From contig OZ246001.1 in assembly GCA_965230295.1 (NCBI GenBank), forward strand, positions 3,904,001 to 3,968,000: a stretch of DNA of 64,000 nucleotides, read 5' to 3'. Both the position numbers and the translations under genes were made by a program. Shown piece by piece: positions 9,515 to 20,882 of this stretch. The notes beneath the pieces were generated by a model. It ran no database searches. It was not told the DNA's origin and saw only the letters and a list, made by a program, of their open reading frames with translations. Within the stretch, counting starts at the first letter, position 1. Each line of letters opens with the position of its first letter. Source of the DNA: Marinicella sp. GTDB lineage: Bacteria > Pseudomonadota > Gammaproteobacteria > Xanthomonadales > Marinicellaceae.

Positions 9515-10987
9515 TCATTTGTTTTCACTGACCTCAGGAAATATTTCAATGATTTGTTGCTCAATTTCAAGCACTTCATCTGACTTACCCATAGCTTTCA
9601 GCACAGTAATCAGGTGCTGAAAGGATTCTATGTCTCTTAGGTTACCATCAACCGCTAACCTGAGGTATTTTTCAGCAGATGCCAAGTCACCTTTTTTGAA
9701 ATACACCCAGCCAACAGAATCCAGAATGGCTTTGTCCTTGGGTTTGATGGCATGCGCTTTCATGATGTAATCGTAAGCCTGATCCAAATTCATGTCATGG
9801 TCAGCCCAGGTATAACCCAATGCATTCATGGCATCGGCGTTATCGGGTTCATTTTGTAAAATTTTCTTTAAGTCTTTTTCCAGTGACTCCAGATCACCCA
9901 TCGATTCAAACAACATGGCGCGGGAATACAACAAGTCGCTGTCATCTTTGAACATGTTTAAGCCCATATTGGCAACAGCCAATGCTTCATCTTTGTTGTC
10001 TTGCTGTTTGTGTAATTCTATTTCTAACTGATAGGCTGGAATGGCATGTTGTTCCGGACCATTTTGAACCTGATGATACATCACTGCAGCACGCGAAAAA
10101 TTCTTTTGGGCCACCAATATATTGGCAATCAGTAATTTTGCTGCATTGACCTGGTCTCCGGTTTTGACGGTTTCAAGCAAACGCATGCTGTACTCGTAAT
10201 CCTTCATCCAGAAAGACAATTCTCCAATTTCCAGTTTTTGTTCGGCGTCGAGTAATGAAAAATCAGCCATCTGTTTCAACAGCTCGTATTTTTCTTCTGC
10301 AACCGTTTGGTTGTCTTGTTGTAGCAACAATATGATTTGCCTGAACAATAAATCCACATCTTGTTCATTTTGTTCCAATAATTCCAGTGCTTCTTCATCC
10401 CGGTTGAGAAAACTTAACAACGTGCTGTATTGTCCTATGTAATCAGCGTTCGCAGGGTCCTGTTTTAATAACCAAAGGTAGTCTGCTTCAGCAAGTTCCT
10501 CATTGTCTAACAACAAATGTAGTCGAGCCCGCCAATACACGTAATCAGATTGCTTATCAAGTTCAATCACTTGATTGATTAAATCCATGGCTTGCTGTTC
10601 TTGCTTAAGCTGGGTTAAAACGCGACTGAAAGCAAACTGTTGAGCGGCTGATGTGTTGATAAAAGGTTTTGTTAATGCTTGATCGACCAAAGATGCCGCA
10701 ATTTCATCAGGCATTGATACCAATGCCATTCTGATGTATTCCCACTTATCATGGTCTTTACCAGCAAATGCCATCATCTGTTTGATGTTGACTTCTGCTT
10801 CACCATAACTTTGTTGTCTTAAATTATCCAGTGTGGCTTGTTGCAGTTGAGTCCAGCCAAATGCCATGGTTTCAGCTGCCATTGCTTCATCAATGGGTTG
10901 TTCAGGTTTGGTTTTTTTGGATTGGCAGCCAACCAATACAGTAAAAAGTAAGGCTGACATCAACAGTTTGCTGGAATTGGTTATCAT
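9515..10987 (-). CDS. TPR-repeat lipoprotein (LbcA/PA4667-like)
   Basis: Lipobox LVGC; TPR motifs NADAMNALGYTWAD and ILDSVGWVYFKKG; located near hemA. Confidence 0.8.
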   Translation of the reverse strand: MITNSSKLLMSALLFTVLVGCQSKKTKPEQPIDEAMAAETMAFGWTQLQQATLDNLRQQSYGEAEVNIKQMMAFAGKDHDKWEYIRMALVSMPDEIAASLVDQALTKPFINTSAAQQFAFSRVLTQLKQEQQAMDLINQVIELDKQSDYVYWRARLHLLLDNEELAEADYLWLLKQDPANADYIGQYSTLLSFLNRDEEALELLEQNEQDVDLLFRQIILLLQQDNQTVAEEKYELLKQMADFSLLDAEQKLEIGELSFWMKDYEYSMRLLETVKTGDQVNAAKLLIANILVAQKNFSRAAVMYHQVQNGPEQHAIPAYQLEIELHKQQDNKDEALAVANMGLNMFKDDSDLLYSRAMLFESMGDLESLEKDLKKILQNEPDNADAMNALGYTWADHDMNLDQAYDYIMKAHAIKPKDKAILDSVGWVYFKKGDLASAEKYLRLAVDGNLRDIESFQHLITVLKAMGKSDEVLEIEQQIIEIFPEVSENK

Positions 10988-11005
10988 GGGGTTTTGTGCG
11001 TCATT

Positions 11006-12086
11006 CTATTGGTTCATTTGGGTCAAAAGTGCTGCTTGTGATTCTTCAGTCAATGGTTCAACCACCAAATCCAAGTCACCATCTATGATTTCATTCAATT
11101 TATATAAAGTCAAGTTGATCCGATGGTCAGATATTCGACCTTGGGGATAATTATAAGTTCGAATTCTTTGTGAGCGGTCACCGCTACCCACTTGCAACTT
11201 TCTGGCTTCAGACTGTTCAGCTTTGACCTTGGCTTGTTCAGCATCTAAAATCCTGGCAGATAACAATGACATGGCCTTGGCCTTATTCTTATGCTGCGAA
11301 CGCTCATCTTGACATTCAACCACTGTGTTGGTTGGTATATGAGTGATTCTAACGGCTGAATCGGTGGTATTGACATGTTGACCACCGGCTCCTGAAGAAC
11401 GGAAGGTATCAATCCTTAAATCTGCAGGGTTGATATCGATTTGATCAACACTGTCGACTTCAGGCAAAACAGCCACAGTACAAGCAGAGGTATGTACCCT
11501 ACCCTGAGATTCCGTTTCAGGTACCCGTTGAACCCGGTGGGTCCCAGACTCAAATTTAAACTTTGAAAAAGCACCGTTTCCTTCAACCAATGCAATGATT
11601 TCTTTGAAGCCACCATGTTCACCTTCATTAACACTCATGACGGTGACTTTCCAGCGTTGTTTTTCAGCATACCTCGCATACATGCGGAACAAGTCACCGG
11701 CAAAGATAGCCGCTTCATCACCACCAGTTCCGGCCCGTACTTCCAAATAAATGTTTTTGCTGTCATTGGGGTCTTTGGGAATCAACAACACTTTCAAGGC
11801 TTCATCCAGCTTGGTTAATAATGCCAGGCATTCATCGATAGATTCTTTGGCCAAATCTTGTAGCTCTTTGTCAGCCAACATTTCCCGGGCTTCACTGAGC
11901 TCTTGTTGGGCCTGTTGATAAGCCCTGAAGTTCAGAACCAATGGCTCAATTTGTGCGTACTCTTTGGACAGGTCTCTGAACTTATTCTGATCTGCCATCA
12001 CATCGGGGATCAGATAACAACAAACCCAACTCATCATAACGGTCTTGGGCATGGTCTAATTTGGCTTCAATTTCAGGAGTCATCAT
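11006..12086 (-). CDS. prfA: Peptide chain release factor 1, with a +1 frameshift at 12005-12008
   Basis: GGQ motif and RF1-type PET motif ([10 protein letters not shown]). The true N-terminus [27 protein letters not shown] starts at 12086, overlaps the hemA stop, and is in a different frame from the remainder. Removing one C gives 359 aa. Confidence 0.93.
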
Positions 12087-13320
12087 TCAATTCCAAAGCA
12101 AATAATTCAGCAATCAACTTAATGTGTTCTTCATTCCCAGATTCGATGATTTTTCTGATACCACTGATGTTGTCATGAGATAATTTCTTACTGACCTGAT
12201 GTGCTATTGTGGCCATTTTATTGGCATGGTCAGAATCTGCATCTTGAGGTACCTGACGCTCAATCACTTCTTGTTTAATGGATTCAACCCTGGTTTGGTA
12301 TTGTTTGAGTAAATCGTGATGTCGGTGTCTTTTGACCCATTGATCCAATAATTCTGCTTCAGCGTTGATGATTCTTGTCGCTTCCTCAATGGTGCTTTCG
12401 CGACGATGAATGTTTTCGGTGATGACTTTTTGTAAATCATCTACGGCATATAAAAACACATCATCTAAACTTTTGATCTTGTCATCAATATCCCTTGGTA
12501 CAGACAAATCAATCATGACCATGGGTTTATACTTCCTCAATTTCAGGGCACTAACTGTCGCTGCTTTGCTGATCAAAATGTTCGGGCTGGCGGTGGCAGA
12601 AAATACCAAGTCGAATTCATGTAAGTGGCTTTCCAAAGCACCCAAACCGATGGTGGAGGCACCAAACATCTGTGCTAACTTTTCAGCTTTCTCGGGTGTC
12701 CTGTTGGCCAAAGCCATGTGTTTGGCATCATGATTAATCAAATACCTGATCAATAATTCAGCGGTTTCACCTGCTCCAATGACCAAAACTTTTTGATGTT
12801 CTAGGGAGCCAAATATTTGACGCCCTAATTGCACGGCACAATGAGCCACTGAAACAGGGTTGCGACCTATTTCGGTATCAGAGCGCACCAACTTGGCCGT
12901 TTTGAATGCCATTTGAAAGAGCTTATTGATTTCACCGTTCAATTCAAATTGATTGGCTTCATCAAAAGCACGTTTAACCTGTCCTTGAATTTGGGTCTCT
13001 CCAACCACCAGAGAATCCACACCTGCCGTGACTGCAAAAAGATGAGCGGCACATTGATGACCATTTTTGATATAAACATGATTGGCTTGACTGTCAAAAC
13101 CCAGTATTTCATCTGCTTGTGCTTTGAATTCAGCCAATGATTTGACCGATAAATAGTATTCAGTGCGGTTACAGGTACTGATCACCACTGCTGATTGGAT
13201 GACAGGAAACCGATGCAAGCGCTCAAGGTGACTTTGGTAATCTTGTTCGGCAACAGTGAACCGTTCTCTGATTTCGAGTTCTGCAGTTTTGTGGTTAATT
13301 CCAAGTACGCAAATTGCCAT
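12073..13320 (-). CDS. hemA: Glutamyl-tRNA reductase
   Basis: GINHKTA, STCNRTE, GETQIQGQVK, GAGETA, DLSVPRDI. Confidence 0.97.
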   Translation of the reverse strand: MAICVLGINHKTAELEIRERFTVAEQDYQSHLERLHRFPVIQSAVVISTCNRTEYYLSVKSLAEFKAQADEILGFDSQANHVYIKNGHQCAAHLFAVTAGVDSLVVGETQIQGQVKRAFDEANQFELNGEINKLFQMAFKTAKLVRSDTEIGRNPVSVAHCAVQLGRQIFGSLEHQKVLVIGAGETAELLIRYLINHDAKHMALANRTPEKAEKLAQMFGASTIGLGALESHLHEFDLVFSATASPNILISKAATVSALKLRKYKPMVMIDLSVPRDIDDKIKSLDDVFLYAVDDLQKVITENIHRRESTIEEATRIINAEAELLDQWVKRHRHHDLLKQYQTRVESIKQEVIERQVPQDADSDHANKMATIAHQVSKKLSHDNISGIRKIIESGNEEHIKLIAELFALELNDDS

Positions 13321-13368
13321 GATTTGATAGTGATGGGCTAGCTAGATTTGTTTCAACAGTTTTATCAG

Positions 13369-14466
13369 CTAAAACTGGACACCCAACTTCTTCACCAAGT
13401 CGACAATTTTATCATGCAATTCTTGAGGTGTGGCGGCCAATAAAGTCGAATGGCCTATTTTTCTTCCGGCTCTGGGCTCTTTACCATAAACATGCCAGAA
13501 TAAGTCCTTCTCTGTGATGCTAAGGATGTTGTCAGGAAAGGCCCCAATCCAATTCAGCATGGCTGCCATTCCATCCATTTGAGTTGAGCCCAAAGGCAAG
13601 TTCAATCCTGCGCGTAAATGATTTTCGAATTGTGATGTGGCAGCACCCTCAATGGACCAATGACCCGAGTTATGAACCCTGGGGGCCATTTCGTTGACAT
13701 AAACAGATTCTTCCGTCTGGAAAAATTCAATCACCAACACACCGACGTAATTCAATGCCACAGCCAACTGTTTGGCATATTCAGTGGTCATGTCATCCAA
13801 ACTGGATTTCTTAGCCGGCACGATGGTTGTCGTCAAAATACCGTCTTTGTGTTTGTTTTCGCACAGAGGCCAAGTGGTGATTTCACCTAAACCATTGCGC
13901 GCAACGATCACTGAAACTTCTCGCTTGAATGGGACCCTTTTTTCTAAAATCAGGTCTTGTTCAAACAAACTTTCTGGAATGGTGCTGATGTCTGAAGCCT
14001 GACTGATGCGGTACTGACCTTTACCATCATAGCCCATACGGCGGGTCTTCAAGATACCATCATAGTTAAATTTTTTGGCAGCAAACTTCAATTCTGACAG
14101 GCTGTTTATGGTCTCGAATTCAGTGGTTGGTATCCCATAAGAATGACAAAACTGCTTTTCCATCAATCGATCTTGAGCGATTTCCAAAACTTCAGGACTG
14201 GGAAACACCGGTTTCTTTTTCTGGACAAAGCGCAGTGATTCTACAGGTACATTTTCAAAGTCAATGGTGACGATATCAACTTTCTGGCAAAACTCTTCCA
14301 AAGCCAATTCATTGTGGTATTCAGCGGTCATCAATTCGCCAACTTGGCCTGCACATGTATCTGGAGTCGGATCAAAAAACACGAACTCAAAGCCCAGTGG
14401 ATAACCAGACAGTGCCATCATTCGGGCCAGTTGGCCGCCTCCAAGTATGCCTATTTTAGGATTCAT
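13369..14466 (-). CDS. purK: N5-carboxyaminoimidazole ribonucleotide synthase
   Basis: [34 protein letters not shown]. Confidence 0.97.
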   Translation of the reverse strand: MNPKIGILGGGQLARMMALSGYPLGFEFVFFDPTPDTCAGQVGELMTAEYHNELALEEFCQKVDIVTIDFENVPVESLRFVQKKKPVFPSPEVLEIAQDRLMEKQFCHSYGIPTTEFETINSLSELKFAAKKFNYDGILKTRRMGYDGKGQYRISQASDISTIPESLFEQDLILEKRVPFKREVSVIVARNGLGEITTWPLCENKHKDGILTTTIVPAKKSSLDDMTTEYAKQLAVALNYVGVLVIEFFQTEESVYVNEMAPRVHNSGHWSIEGAATSQFENHLRAGLNLPLGSTQMDGMAAMLNWIGAFPDNILSITEKDLFWHVYGKEPRAGRKIGHSTLLAATPQELHDKIVDLVKKLGVQF

Positions 14467-14969
14467 TGATGTTTTGCTGGGTCCGGGTTGTTAACCACTT
14501 GACTGGTTTGTTGTTCACGATACTCAAGAAGATTACTGGCAATTGTTTGATCATGAATGGCCAAAATAGCGGCTGCTGACAGGGCTGCATTTTTGGCACC
14601 TGCATCTCCAATACTCATGGTGAGCACAGGTATACCCGCAGGCATCTGTGCAATTGAAAGTAAGGAATCAATACCATTGAGAACCCTTGATTTAATGGGC
14701 ACACCAATGACTGGTAAAGCCGTTTTAGCTGCCACCATGCCGGGCAAGTGGGCCGCACCACCAGCAGCGGCAATGATCACTTTGATACCTCTGGCTTGTG
14801 CTGTTTCCGCATAAGTAAACATTTTATCAGGTGTTCTGTGTGCAGAAACCACTTCAGCCTCATAAGGAACGGCCAGTGATTCTAGCAGTTCAGCACACTG
14901 TTTCATGGTCTGCCAATCTGATTGAGAACCCATGATAACGCCGACTTGTGGCCTGTTGTTTGCAGTCAT
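14463..14969 (-). CDS. purE: N5-CAIR mutase
   Basis: [24 protein letters not shown]. Confidence 0.98.
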   Translation of the reverse strand: MTANNRPQVGVIMGSQSDWQTMKQCAELLESLAVPYEAEVVSAHRTPDKMFTYAETAQARGIKVIIAAAGGAAHLPGMVAAKTALPVIGVPIKSRVLNGIDSLLSIAQMPAGIPVLTMSIGDAGAKNAALSAAAILAIHDQTIASNLLEYREQQTSQVVNNPDPAKHQ

Positions 14970-15010
14970 AATACTGTTTGATTGCTGTTATTCAATCGGT
15001 TATCTTACCG

Positions 15011-16456
15011 TTAAAGTGATTGGGTTACCATAATGCAATACTTAAACAAAACAGGTAACACAACCAATAATCCCAATTGTGCCAGGGCATTGATACTTAA
15101 TACTGTTTTCACATCAAAGCTGGCATCGATGGCTTGGTCTGTTTCAGACTCTTCAAAATACATCACTTTGATCAATCTTAAATAATAGAATGCACCGATT
15201 ACGGCAAAGATCACAGCAACCACAGCCAGCATGATGTAGCCTTGATCAACCACTGCTTTCAAGACATACAGTTTCGAGAAGAATCCAATCAATGGTGGGA
15301 AGCCTGCCATCGATGCCACCAGAAGCAACATCAAAAATGCATACCAAGAATTGCGTTGGTTCAAGCCTTTCAAATCTGAAATTTTGTCGGCTTCAACGCC
15401 TTTGCTGGATAACAGCACAATCATGCCAAAACCACCAATGGCCATAATGGTGTAAACAATGATATAAAACATGGAAGCTGCAATACCATCTGCTCCCCCA
15501 ACCAAACCCAACAACATGAATCCAATGTGTGAAATGGTTGAATAAGCAAACAGCCGTTTCAAATTGGTTTGTTGTAAGGCAAACAAATTACCTACAATGA
15601 TTGAAACAATGGCTAAAGTTGCCAACATGGATTGCCAATGCACCATCAGCACATCTAAACTTTGACCCAGTATCCTGACTGCCAGTGCAAAAGCAGCTAT
15701 CTTTGGAGCTGACGCGATGAATAAGGTGGTTGCAGTGGGCGCACCTTCATAGACATCTGGTACCCACATGTGAAAGGGTGCTGCGCCTAATTTAAAACCA
15801 ATACCAACAATCACAAAAATCAAGCCTAAAACCAGAAACATGTCGTTGTTTTGACCAGCAATGGCTTGTGATATTTCATTGACTTGCAAGGTGCCTACAG
15901 CACCATATATCAATGACATACCATACAACAACATACCAGATGCCAGTGCACCGAGAATGAAGTATTTCATGGCTGCTTCATTGCTGTTAATGTCATTTCG
16001 GTTATAAGCAACCAGCGCGTAAGAACTTAAAGCCAATAACTCAAGGCCCAAATACAAAGCGATGAAGTTATAACCAGAAATCATCACCATGATGCCCAAA
16101 GTACCAAATAGCAACAAAGCGAAATACTCACCTTGAACGTTGTCTCTTTGTCTTAAATACTGCTTGGCATAGAAGAATACGCCAATCATCAACAAATAAA
16201 CCACCACTTTAAGAAGGTCGCCAAAAGCATCTCTGATAAAGGTTTCATTGAACAGTAACTCGCTGCTGAATGCGGCACCTGCGACATGATCCTTGATCGT
16301 CAAAATGGCAGCAAACACCATGGTAATGACTGATAAAAAGATGATGAAACCACCTTTGTTTCTGTCCGTGAACAAACCAGTAATTAACACGACACATGCC
16401 ATGCTCAGTACCAAGATTTCCGGTAACGCCGGGACTAATTCTGACCAACCAAACAT
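15011..16456 (-). CDS. nuoN: NADH-quinone oxidoreductase subunit N
   Basis: EAAMKYFILG, FKLGAAPFHMWVPDVYEG; operon position. Confidence 0.97.
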   Translation of the reverse strand: MFGWSELVPALPEILVLSMACVVLITGLFTDRNKGGFIIFLSVITMVFAAILTIKDHVAGAAFSSELLFNETFIRDAFGDLLKVVVYLLMIGVFFYAKQYLRQRDNVQGEYFALLLFGTLGIMVMISGYNFIALYLGLELLALSSYALVAYNRNDINSNEAAMKYFILGALASGMLLYGMSLIYGAVGTLQVNEISQAIAGQNNDMFLVLGLIFVIVGIGFKLGAAPFHMWVPDVYEGAPTATTLFIASAPKIAAFALAVRILGQSLDVLMVHWQSMLATLAIVSIIVGNLFALQQTNLKRLFAYSTISHIGFMLLGLVGGADGIAASMFYIIVYTIMAIGGFGMIVLLSSKGVEADKISDLKGLNQRNSWYAFLMLLLVASMAGFPPLIGFFSKLYVLKAVVDQGYIMLAVVAVIFAVIGAFYYLRLIKVMYFEESETDQAIDASFDVKTVLSINALAQLGLLVVLPVLFKYCIMVTQSL

Positions 16457-17962
16457 TTATATCACCTTACTGACAGATACGTATTCAATGACTTGTCGAA
16501 CTGAAGCACTCATCACTTCAATCAACGGCTCAGGCCAAACGCCTAATAACAAAACCATAATTGCCAACACGGCCAATATGAAAAATTCTCTGGGGTTGAC
16601 ATCCTTCAATGAGGCAACTGAATCGTTGGTGATGACACCAAAGATAACCCTTTTTACCATCCATAAAGAATAGGCGGCACCGACTATCAAAGTAATGGCT
16701 GCCAAGAATGCAATCCAGAAATTAGCCTGAAAACTGGCCAAAATCACCATAAACTCTCCAACAAATCCAGAGGTACCTGGCAAACCGGAATTGGCCATGG
16801 CAAAAAACACAAAAAATGCACCAAACCAAGGCATGGTGTTAACCACCCCACCATAATCTTTGATCATTCTTGAATGTAGACGGTCGTACAAGACACCCAC
16901 ACACAAGAACATGGCAGCAGATATGAAACCGTGGGAGATCATTTGAACCATCGCGCCCTCAACGGCCATTTGGCTGTTGCCACCGTTTTTGATCAACATA
17001 AAGACCAAAAACAAGCCCAAAGTAACGAACCCCATATGAGAAATCGATGAATAAGCAATCAACTTTTTCATGTCTTTTTGTACCATTGCCACCAAGCCGA
17101 TGTAGACCACTGCTATCAAAGACAGGGTAATCAACAACCAGGTGAATTCGGAGCTGGCATCAGGTGTGATGGGCAGCGAAAACCGCAAGAACCCATAACC
17201 ACCTATTTTCAACATGATGGCAGCCAGCACCACTGAACCGCCCGTAGGTGCTTCAACGTGTGCATCTGGTAACCAGGTATGTACTGGGAACATGGGTATT
17301 TTTACGGCAAAAGCTGCAAGGAAAGCAAAAAACAACCAACTCTGTTCTTGCATGCTTAGCGGGTGCAAAGCCAAATCAGTCAGGTTCCAACTGCCAGACT
17401 GCATGTATAAATAGATCAAACCTATCAACATGAACACTGAACCCAGGAATGTATACAAAAAGAATTTAATCGTTGCATACACACGGTTGGGGCCGCCCCA
17501 AATACCAATGATCACAAACATGGGTATCAACATGGCTTCAAAGAATATATAAAACAACAGTGCATCTTGGGCAGTGAACACACCGATCATCATGCCTTCT
17601 AAAATTAAAAACGCTGCCATGTACTGGTGTACATTTTCTTTGATCACACGCCAGGCTGACAACACAATCAATACAGTGATGAATGTGGTCAGTATGACCA
17701 ACGGCAAGGCAATCCCATCGATACCTAAATGATAAAAAATATTGAACGAGTCTATCCAGACAACTTTTTCAACAAATTGTAAATTGGCAGTACTGGTATC
17801 AAATTGAGTCCATAAGGGTAAACTCAAAATTAAAGTTAACACTGAAACCGCTAAAGCGACCAGTTTAACCATCCCTGCACGTCCATGACCCATTGGCAAC
17901 AAGGCCAAACCACCCAAAATTGGCAGCCAAATAAGAACACTTAAAATTGAACCTTCAAACAT
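16457..17962 (-). CDS. nuoM: NADH-quinone oxidoreductase subunit M
   Basis: VKIPMFPVHTWLPDAHVEAP, YSSISHMG. Confidence 0.97.
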   Translation of the reverse strand: MFEGSILSVLIWLPILGGLALLPMGHGRAGMVKLVALAVSVLTLILSLPLWTQFDTSTANLQFVEKVVWIDSFNIFYHLGIDGIALPLVILTTFITVLIVLSAWRVIKENVHQYMAAFLILEGMMIGVFTAQDALLFYIFFEAMLIPMFVIIGIWGGPNRVYATIKFFLYTFLGSVFMLIGLIYLYMQSGSWNLTDLALHPLSMQEQSWLFFAFLAAFAVKIPMFPVHTWLPDAHVEAPTGGSVVLAAIMLKIGGYGFLRFSLPITPDASSEFTWLLITLSLIAVVYIGLVAMVQKDMKKLIAYSSISHMGFVTLGLFLVFMLIKNGGNSQMAVEGAMVQMISHGFISAAMFLCVGVLYDRLHSRMIKDYGGVVNTMPWFGAFFVFFAMANSGLPGTSGFVGEFMVILASFQANFWIAFLAAITLIVGAAYSLWMVKRVIFGVITNDSVASLKDVNPREFFILAVLAIMVLLLGVWPEPLIEVMSASVRQVIEYVSVSKVI

Positions 17963-17973
17963 AAATCAACTGC

Positions 17974-19935
17974 CTATTTAAATACGTAAAGACCAATGAA
18001 AACAATCACGCTCACTACCATGACCAAGGCATAGTGGAACACATATCCGGATTGGACCGACCTGATGAATTTGGAAACTGCATTGATCGCTTTGGCACTG
18101 CCATTAACGATCCAGCCATCGATCAACTTGGAGTCAGACCACTTCCACAATGCTTCACCCAATTTAACACTGCCACCGGCAATGAATTTCTGATTGAAAG
18201 CATCAAATCCATACTTGTTGTCCAAGATGCGGTGAATCGGAGCCAAGCGTTTCTTAATGACACCAGCCAAGGCTATATTTTTCATGTAAATATAGGTGGC
18301 CACAGCTAAGCCAGCCAGCATCAAGAAAAATGGTGCCGTTACAAACCCATGCATGGCAAAGGCTGCTGTTCCTTCGTATTGATACAAACCAATTTCATTC
18401 ACCACATCATTGGTTGGATTCACATGGATGGCATCTGCCATGAAACCACCAAACAACATGGGTTCAAAGGTGATCCAACCAATGATAATTGATGGAATGG
18501 CCAACAGAATTAATGGCAATGTCACCACCCAAGGTGATTCTTTCAAGTGCTCACGGGTGTGGTTATCCATGCGTTCTTTGCCATGAAAAGTCAGATACAA
18601 CAATCTAAAACTGTACAAGGCAGTCACGAAAACACCCAACAAGACCGCCACATAAGCGACCCCGGACCCCCAACGGTCTGACAGGCCTGTGGCCACAATG
18701 ATGGCGTCTTTAGAAAAATAACCTGAAAAGCCTGGAAAACCCACCAGCGCAAAAGTTCCAATCCATGCAGTGATGAATGTGATTGGCATGTATTTTCTTA
18801 AGCCACCCATTTCTTGCATGTCTTGCTTGTGATGCATGGCGATGATCACAGAACCAGCACCTAAGAATAACAAAGCTTTAAAGAATGCATGAGTCATGAG
18901 ATGGAAAATGGCCGCTGAATAGGCTGAAACACCTAAGGCCACCGTCATGTATCCCAATTGTGACAAGGTTGAATAGGCAATAACCCGCTTGATGTCATTT
19001 TGGACGATACCAATCAACCCCATAAAGAAGGCTGTGAACGCACCCACTAACATCACAAAACTCAAGGCCACATCTGACATTTCAAACAAGGGCGACATTC
19101 TGGATACCATAAAGATACCAGCAGTCACCATGGTGGCAGCATGGATCAAAGCAGAAATCGGCGTGGGGCCTTCCATTGAATCGGGTAGCCACACATGTAA
19201 GGGTGCTTGAGCCGATTTGCCCATGGCTCCAATGAACAAAGCAATACAGATGAAGGTCATCATTGACCATTGGCTGTCACCAAAAATTGAAATGGTTTCA
19301 TCTGCCATATTGGGTGCTTGATTGAATACTTCTACATAATCCAAACTGCCAAAAGTCATCAGCACAGCACCAATACCAAGCAAGAATCCAAAATCACCCA
19401 CTCGGTTGACCAGGAAGGCTTTCATATTGGCAAAAATGGCCGTTTCTTTTTTGAACCAGAAACCAATCAACAAATAGGACACCAATCCAACAGCTTCCCA
19501 ACCAAAAAATAACTGCATGAAGTTGTTGGCCATCACCAACATCAACATGGAGAAAGTAAATAATGAAATGTAACTGAAAAAACGTTGGTAACCCGGATCT
19601 TCACTCATGTAACCAATGGTGTAAATATGTACCATCAAGGATACAAAAGTTACCACACTCATCATGATTGCAGTCAATGAATCAACCAGAAATCCAACAT
19701 GCATGGATAATTCACCAGTCACCATCCAGGTATATATGTTTTCATTGAAGACAGTGGCTTCACCATTGATGAACTGCATCAAGACTTTGATTGATAAGAC
19801 ACATGATAAGCCCACTGCACCAATGGTTATGGTATGTGCGCCGATGCGCCCAATCCTGCGTCCAAACAAACCGGCAATTGCTGCTGCTGCAAGTGGCGCA
19901 AAAGCAATGACCATTAATGTTGTTTTCATATCCAT
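17974..19935 (-). CDS. nuoL: NADH-quinone oxidoreductase subunit L
   Basis: GKSAQAPLHVWLPDSMEGPTPISALIHAATMV, THAFFKALLFL. Confidence 0.97.
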   Translation of the reverse strand: MDMKTTLMVIAFAPLAAAAIAGLFGRRIGRIGAHTITIGAVGLSCVLSIKVLMQFINGEATVFNENIYTWMVTGELSMHVGFLVDSLTAIMMSVVTFVSLMVHIYTIGYMSEDPGYQRFFSYISLFTFSMLMLVMANNFMQLFFGWEAVGLVSYLLIGFWFKKETAIFANMKAFLVNRVGDFGFLLGIGAVLMTFGSLDYVEVFNQAPNMADETISIFGDSQWSMMTFICIALFIGAMGKSAQAPLHVWLPDSMEGPTPISALIHAATMVTAGIFMVSRMSPLFEMSDVALSFVMLVGAFTAFFMGLIGIVQNDIKRVIAYSTLSQLGYMTVALGVSAYSAAIFHLMTHAFFKALLFLGAGSVIIAMHHKQDMQEMGGLRKYMPITFITAWIGTFALVGFPGFSGYFSKDAIIVATGLSDRWGSGVAYVAVLLGVFVTALYSFRLLYLTFHGKERMDNHTREHLKESPWVVTLPLILLAIPSIIIGWITFEPMLFGGFMADAIHVNPTNDVVNEIGLYQYEGTAAFAMHGFVTAPFFLMLAGLAVATYIYMKNIALAGVIKKRLAPIHRILDNKYGFDAFNQKFIAGGSVKLGEALWKWSDSKLIDGWIVNGSAKAINAVSKFIRSVQSGYVFHYALVMVVSVIVFIGLYVFK

Positions 19936-19938
19936 CGT

Positions 19939-20241
19939 TTACCCTTCCAACTCGTTGATTTCTTTGACTTCAAGTGTTTTCTTGTTGCGGAACAACACCA
20001 CCAGAATAGCCAAACCTATCGCTGCTTCAGCAGCAGCAACAGTTAAGATAAAGAACACAAATACCTGGCCTTGTACATCGCCTAAATATTTTGAAAATGC
20101 CACTAAATTGGTATTAACGGCCAACAGCATCAACTCAATGGACATCAAAACCACCAACACATTGCGTCGGTTAACAAAGATACCAGCCATACTGATCACA
20201 AACAAAATGGCGGATACAATCAAATAATGTTGCAAACTCAT
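19939..20241 (-). CDS. nuoK: NADH-quinone oxidoreductase subunit K
   Basis: [17 protein letters not shown]. Confidence 0.97.
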   Translation of the reverse strand: MSLQHYLIVSAILFVISMAGIFVNRRNVLVVLMSIELMLLAVNTNLVAFSKYLGDVQGQVFVFFILTVAAAEAAIGLAILVVLFRNKKTLEVKEINELEG

Positions 20242-20882
20242 GACTCTTCTCCATTGTTTTGCCCTTCGGCTTTTTCAGCCTTCATAGACACCACTCGAAT
20301 TCGTTCTGCCGGGTTGATGTTGATTTGTTTGGCCGCATCCATTTGTTTATTGCCTTCACGTTTACGCATGGTCAACATGATGGCCGCTACAATCGCCACC
20401 AATAAGATCACGGCGGCAATCTCAAATGGATAAACATATTTGGTGAATAACTCCATCCCCACTTCAGCCACATTGCTGTAACCCTGCTCTTGTCTGATCA
20501 GTTCATTGGTTGGGATTTGTCCGCTTAACTTATAGGCAAACAACATCATCAATTCAACCAACATGGCTGCAGCTATCAGCAGTGCTGCCTTGGTGTATGA
20601 CTGTTTCAGTTGTGAGGCTTTTACTTGCTTAACATCAAGCATCATCACCACAAATAAGAACAACACCATGACGGCTCCCACATAGACCAAGACCAGTGTA
20701 ATGGCAAGGAACTCTGCTTCAATCAATAACCACAAAACGGCGGTGTTAAAGAAACACAAAACCAAAAATAAAGCTGAATATATGGTGTTTTTAACAGTCA
20801 CCACGGCCATGGCGGAACCCACCGTAAACGTGGCAAACACATAAAACATTAACTGTTGAAATAATTCTGGACTAATGATCAT
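20238..20882 (-). CDS. nuoJ: NADH-quinone oxidoreductase subunit J
   Basis: AEFLA...[18 protein letters not shown]. Confidence 0.96.
   Translation of the reverse strand: MIISPELFQQLMFYVFATFTVGSAMAVVTVKNTIYSALFLVLCFFNTAVLWLLIEAEFLAITLVLVYVGAVMVLFLFVVMMLDVKQVKASQLKQSYTKAALLIAAAMLVELMMLFAYKLSGQIPTNELIRQEQGYSNVAEVGMELFTKYVYPFEIAAVILLVAIVAAIMLTMRKREGNKQMDAAKQININPAERIRVVSMKAEKAEGQNNGEES

Noticed and set aside
11982-12030. prfB-style autoregulatory frameshift cassette
   Set aside because: No CTT-TGA or in-frame stop at the shift site and no internal SD sequence; the protein has the RF1 PxT motif, not SPF
11006-12052. ORF-track N-terminus [16 protein letters not shown] for PrfA
   Set aside because: Out-of-frame artefact; the RF1-like N-terminus is in another frame starting at 12086
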